This document shows, piece after piece, positions 7,793-11,780 of a DNA stretch of 11,780 nt. The stretch is from contig JAEOUE010000027.1 in NCBI GenBank assembly GCA_016839515.1, forward strand, positions 1 through 11,780, read 5' to 3'. The translations under genes and the position numbers were made by a program. The notes under the pieces were generated by a model that saw only the letters and a program-made list of their open reading frames with translations, ran no database searches and was not told the DNA's origin. Every line of letters begins with the position of its first letter. Position 1 is the stretch's first letter. This DNA comes from Candidatus Hodarchaeum mangrovi. Its GTDB lineage: Archaea > Asgardarchaeota > Heimdallarchaeia > Hodarchaeales > Hodarchaeaceae.

Positions 7793-8302
7793 ATGGATAA
7801 AATTTTTGAACAGCGAGTTGAGAGTATTCTAAAGATCCTTGCTGATTCTACACGTAGAGAAATTGTTAAATTAATAAGTGAGACTCCGATGAATCCCAAG
7901 GATCTAGCGGAGAAATTAAAAATATCCAGACCAGCGGTTGAAAAACATTTAAAGCTTTTAAAATTAAATTATCTCTGTGAATTAACAGTAGAACCTTTTC
8001 CAACGCCTCATTATGTTTATTTTATCACTGATATTGGACTTATGTTACTAGATTCTATTACTACTGCATGCTTACAGTATTTTCAATCTTTAGAAGGAAT
8101 TATTGAGTCAGAATTAGATCAAATTGAACGGAATTTTGTATTAGGATTAATTACGAGAAATGAATATGATTCAAAACGAAACCAATTACTTATCAAACGT
8201 AATGAGCTAGAATCACTCCAATTGACCCGAATATGGGTTGAAGAAGCTAAAAAAGTTGTTGAAGAACATACTATTAAGAGAACCTCAGAGGAGATGCAAT
8301 AA
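7793..8302 (+). CDS. ArsR/SmtB-type winged-helix transcriptional regulator with C-terminal SHOCT-like/coiled-coil extension
   Basis: LKILADSTRREIVKLI...MNPKDLAEKLKISRPAVEKHLKLL is the ArsR HTH signature. The C-terminal part contains ELDQIERNFVLGLITRNEYDSKRNQLL. Confidence 0.85.
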   Translation: MDKIFEQRVESILKILADSTRREIVKLISETPMNPKDLAEKLKISRPAVEKHLKLLKLNYLCELTVEPFPTPHYVYFITDIGLMLLDSITTACLQYFQSLEGIIESELDQIERNFVLGLITRNEYDSKRNQLLIKRNELESLQLTRIWVEEAKKVVEEHTIKRTSEEMQ

Positions 8303-9196
8303 ATCAATAAGTATTTTCAAATTACGAGAATGTTTAGTTCTATAAATTCGAAAATTAAGGAGCTGTAAATCAGGATTGTGAGGTTGAGATGGGGAACGGA
8401 TTTCAAGCACATCTATATAGTTATTAAAAAGTTTAATACAAGCTACATTAGCTTCTTTAGGGTATTCCATCGATACCCGATCCTCATGAAGTCGTACATT
8501 AACTGTTCCAAGATACATCTTCGCAGAAGAAGAGATTGCATCAGAGATCATTAAAACTAATTCTCCAATATCCATAGACCGTTTCAAGGGATCTCTTAGA
8601 ATTTTTCCAGGATCCTTTTTTCCGATAACAGGTGTGTAATTAGAATCAAGAGGACCCATAGCACTGTCTTGTGTGATCCCACCTTCAGTTCTGTGACCTG
8701 TAATTTCAAGAGATATGTCCTCATGAATCACTTCAATATCATTTGGATCGTAAAGATTACATAGAGCTAAAGTACGCTCATTTGGAGCTGGAAAGATAGA
8801 ACCAGCTTCTTTGAGTAAAATTTCAGTTATCCAAAGGCGTTCTTTCGTAACTACACTTAAATTTAAGGTAGCAGGATCAAGAATCAATAGTAATTCTGGT
8901 GTTTTCATCCCACAAATAGCTGCTAAGCTTGTAGTCTTCTGACTACCAGTTTTATCCATTAAAGTATGTAGAATAGAGGGAATAATGACTGTATCTTGAT
9001 ACTGAAGAGTATTATCGCTGTCAATGGTGAGAGGATCATCCATTGGAACATTATAAGCATGATGTATCCATACATCACCTTTAATTGATAATTGATTTTG
9101 GATATTCTCTAATAAAGATTTTTTACCGGGAAATGCAAGATCATTTCGATCTTGAAAGGTTTGTACTTTGCGTGGTTTTAACCTTTTTTTTCCCAT
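8285..9196 (-). CDS. Hypothetical protein, possibly a very divergent fumarylacetoacetate hydrolase (FAH)-fold protein
   Basis: 303-aa ATG-started ORF filling the gap between neighbours, so the CDS itself is likely real. FAH similarity (PELLLIL, ALCN, DSAMGP, IGELVLMISD, YLGT) is weak and recognised by eye only. Confidence 0.6.
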   Translation of the reverse strand: MGKKRLKPRKVQTFQDRNDLAFPGKKSLLENIQNQLSIKGDVWIHHAYNVPMDDPLTIDSDNTLQYQDTVIIPSILHTLMDKTGSQKTTSLAAICGMKTPELLLILDPATLNLSVVTKERLWITEILLKEAGSIFPAPNERTLALCNLYDPNDIEVIHEDISLEITGHRTEGGITQDSAMGPLDSNYTPVIGKKDPGKILRDPLKRSMDIGELVLMISDAISSSAKMYLGTVNVRLHEDRVSMEYPKEANVACIKLFNNYIDVLEIRSPSQPHNPDLQLLNFRIYRTKHSRNLKILIDLLHLL

Positions 9197-9269
9197 GTTT
9201 ATATTTTAAATGATAGATGATTAAAAAAGTAGCTAATACATTTTTTGAATATTCTTTAGAAATTTCTAG

Positions 9270-10487
9270 TTAAAGTTTGATTACAATCTCAGGAGTGAAG
9301 CGTGCAATTCTTTTTCCTAATTCTAATCTTTCGATCATGGGAAGGATTTCGTTAGAGCCACGATAACCATATTCTAAAGCCTCTATGTCCTGAATGATCA
9401 AACAACTCTTCATGGGAGCATTACTTAATCTGAAAAAAATTTTATTATTAAAAATTATTTTTTCTACATCGGAATAAGGATAGAGTAATTTATAACCTCC
9501 ACCATGAGGAAGAATGTTTGCATTTTGTATAAATTCTTCATGACCATAGCTTTGAGCTCTTTCTAATTGTTTAACTGTCCAATGATTCTTCTTAATATTT
9601 CTTAATCCCTCATACAAATAAATAAAAGAATATCCATTAAATCCTAAAGGGAAAAGTCTTAAATTTTTATCTCCTGATTGATGCAATGAATTTGAGAGCC
9701 CTAACCGCATAACTTGAAATCCATTTTCCTTAAAATAACCTTGATGGGTAGGATTTGAAATTATTTCAATGTTTTCTTCCCCAAATAATTCTTTTGCAAT
9801 GGAAGTACGTTTATTCTTGCTAAAAGTTTCCATTTTTTGAAAAAAATTAAAATATTCTGCTATTTTTTCTTTTGGTAACCCTTTAACACTTCCAAAGGGA
9901 GATTCGAAAGAAATGAAATCATTTTGAGACCACATACTCAAGCGATCTTTCTGAGTTTGTTGAGAGGAATGGATTAATACATAATTTCCAGGAGTAAGCC
10001 AACTTCTTATAGCTTGGTCATTAGAATATAGATCATCTAGAAAAAGAAAATCAATAAAATGATTGGATTTCCAAACATCCCATTTTCCTTTCTCACTTCC
10101 AATCGGGATTCCATTTTTCTTAATTTTGTCAATTTTTATCATAATATCTTTTAATGATGGAAGATTATGGATTTTGTAAAAACCATAACCACAACCATTA
10201 GGATGAAGTAAACTAGGAAATATATAATCTTTAGTGGCTACCAAACAACCATATCCGACCCCTTCATTGAATCGCTCTTTATTTCGAGTAATACCACCAT
10301 CAGGTCCAAATATCGTGATTACATTGAATGGATCCTCACCTAATGACCTATAAAAATATTTTATTTTAGCTAATCCAATACTCATTACTTCTTTGGCTAA
10401 TAAACATGTTAAATCGTTTGTTGCCCAAGTATAAATTTCATTTTTTGCTTCTAGAAGGAGTGTTTCATTGTTTGAAAGATTGTTCAT
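9270..10487 (-). CDS. Divergent RtcB-family (RNA ligase/guanylyltransferase-like) protein
   Basis: RtcB motifs in canonical order: GPD63, NGC99G, SN142H143FID, LIH173S, TH248Q, MRLG, PH328GGG, GY375R, and C-terminal P-x-x-V-x-K404. Confidence 0.75.
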   Translation of the reverse strand: MNNLSNNETLLLEAKNEIYTWATNDLTCLLAKEVMSIGLAKIKYFYRSLGEDPFNVITIFGPDGGITRNKERFNEGVGYGCLVATKDYIFPSLLHPNGCGYGFYKIHNLPSLKDIMIKIDKIKKNGIPIGSEKGKWDVWKSNHFIDFLFLDDLYSNDQAIRSWLTPGNYVLIHSSQQTQKDRLSMWSQNDFISFESPFGSVKGLPKEKIAEYFNFFQKMETFSKNKRTSIAKELFGEENIEIISNPTHQGYFKENGFQVMRLGLSNSLHQSGDKNLRLFPLGFNGYSFIYLYEGLRNIKKNHWTVKQLERAQSYGHEEFIQNANILPHGGGYKLLYPYSDVEKIIFNNKIFFRLSNAPMKSCLIIQDIEALEYGYRGSNEILPMIERLELGKRIARFTPEIVIKL

Positions 10488-10579
10488 TAATTCAACCTTA
10501 TTTCATATTTATTCAAATTTTCTAGGATTACAACTTAAAATTTATTCTATATCAAAAATCTAATTTTAAATTATAACTC

Positions 10580-11779
10580 TTAATATCCTTGGGCTTGCCC
10601 ATCCTTACGTGGATCTGACCCTGCAACATAGATGGTAGTTCCAAGATCCTTTTTGATAATTTGACCACCACCAAAGTTCATGCCAACACAATCTACCACA
10701 TGATGACCCTTTTCTCTTAATTTCATTCTAATAGAGATTGGGATAGGATCCTCAAACCCAACAACATTAGAAAGTTGATCATGATTAAACCTAGGAGCCT
10801 CAATTGCTGATTGAGGATCCATGTCAAATAGAACCATGTTTAAAAATACCTGAGCTTGACCCTGAGGTTGATGATGACCACCCATGACTCCAAATGAATA
10901 AATAAAATCATTTGCTGAGTTAGTTACCAAGGCAGGAATAATAGTGTGATAAGGACGTTTTCTAGGCGCGTATTGATTTGGATGATTTTTCTTTAAGGAA
11001 AATCCAGCTCCTCTGTTCTGAAAAGCTATACCAGTTTCAGAATCTACAATACCAGAACCAAATCCATAAAATAGAGAGTTTATAAATGATATTGACATTC
11101 CTTCATTATCAGCAGCGGTTAGATAAATAGTATCTTCTCCCATGTTCAATGCACTCGGAAGATCGCGCATAGCTTGGAGTGGATTAATTTGACTCGATCT
11201 TGTTTGAGCATACTTTTCAGTCAAAAAGTCTTCAGTTGAAATCTTCATCCACCCTGGGTCAGCAATATTAGCAAAAGCGTCAGCAAAAGCTAATTTTTTT
11301 GCTTCAATCAAACAATGTAAATAATCTATCGAATTATGTGAATATTGACCAATATCATATTCTTCAACAATCGATAAAATTAGGAGAGTAACTAATCCTT
11401 GTCCATTGGGCCCATGTTCCCACAAAGTATGATCATAAAATTCTTTTGAAATTGGTTTTGTCCATTCAGCTTTAAAATCAGTAAGATCAGATAAAGAAAT
11501 AAAGCCTCCTTTATCTTCAAAGAATTGTACAATATTTATAGCTAATTCCCCATCATAAAATACCCGAGAGCCCTCTTTAGCAATTTTTTCTAATGTTTCA
11601 GCTAATTTTTGTTGTTTAAAAATTTCTCCTATAACAGGAGCTCGCTCTTGGTTAATTAAATAAGTATTAGTGGCTCCTTCATTAAGAAAAAGCTTGGGTT
11701 CTAATTCTTTCCATACTTGTGCAATAACAGGACTTATTGGGAAACCATTTTTAGCGTAATATATAGCAGGGGCAAGAAT
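10580..11779 (-). CDS. ggt: Gamma-glutamyltransferase family Ntn hydrolase (YwrD-like subgroup), 5'-truncated by window edge
   Basis: The frame is open to the window end (ILAPAIYYAKNGFPISP...LAETLEKIAKEG..FYDGELA..GGFISLSDL). It contains PNGQG, the autoprocessing Thr in EDTIYLTAAD, SFINS..GFGSG, QNRGAGF, KRPYHTIIP, GVMGGHHQPQG and GSDPRKDG. Confidence 0.93.
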   Translation of the reverse strand: MLAPAIYYAKNGFPISPVIAQVWKELEPKLFLNEGATNTYLINQERAPVIGEIFKQQKLAETLEKIAKEGSRVFYDGELAINIVQFFEDKGGFISLSDLTDFKAEWTKPISKEFYDHTLWEHGPNGQGLVTLLILSIVEEYDIGQYSHNSIDYLHCLIEAKKLAFADAFANIADPGWMKISTEDFLTEKYAQTRSSQINPLQAMRDLPSALNMGEDTIYLTAADNEGMSISFINSLFYGFGSGIVDSETGIAFQNRGAGFSLKKNHPNQYAPRKRPYHTIIPALVTNSANDFIYSFGVMGGHHQPQGQAQVFLNMVLFDMDPQSAIEAPRFNHDQLSNVVGFEDPIPISIRMKLREKGHHVVDCVGMNFGGGQIIKKDLGTTIYVAGSDPRKDGQAQGY

Positions 11780-11780
11780 A

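Noticed and set aside
8119-8307. 62-aa minus-strand ORF
   Set aside because: Antisense to the ArsR C-terminus, with no independent support.
1-11780. CRISPR array, tRNA/rRNA, IS element or prophage
   Set aside because: No regularly spaced repeats, cloverleaf or rRNA-like segments, transposase/integrase motifs or terminal inverted repeats were seen.

Overview
AT-rich, gene-dense prokaryotic window with 11 protein-coding genes (two truncated at the edges) and no recognisable rRNA, tRNA, CRISPR array or mobile element. Left to right: a MoxR AAA+ ATPase / DUF58 / membrane-protein operon; a divergent NAD-salvage pair (pncA, pncB); a stand-alone Rab-like small GTPase lacking C-terminal prenylation cysteines; a DmrX/AfpA-like flavoprotein with a reduced ferredoxin insert; a bactofilin-like (YhbE/YhbF-type) beta-helix protein with an N-terminal SHOCT-like motif, divergent from an ArsR-type regulator that also carries a SHOCT-like motif; and a minus-strand run of a GGT-family Ntn hydrolase, a highly divergent RtcB-fold protein and an uncharacterised protein with weak FAH-fold similarity. 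The Rab-like GTPase, the archaeal flavoprotein and TATA-like promoters suggest an Asgard archaeon (inference). The best leads are the non-canonical RtcB-like ligase and its neighbour, the paired SHOCT-bactofilin/SHOCT-ArsR module, and the clean loss of one [4Fe-4S] cluster in the DmrX-like protein. All assignments come from motif recognition by eye; no database searches were run.
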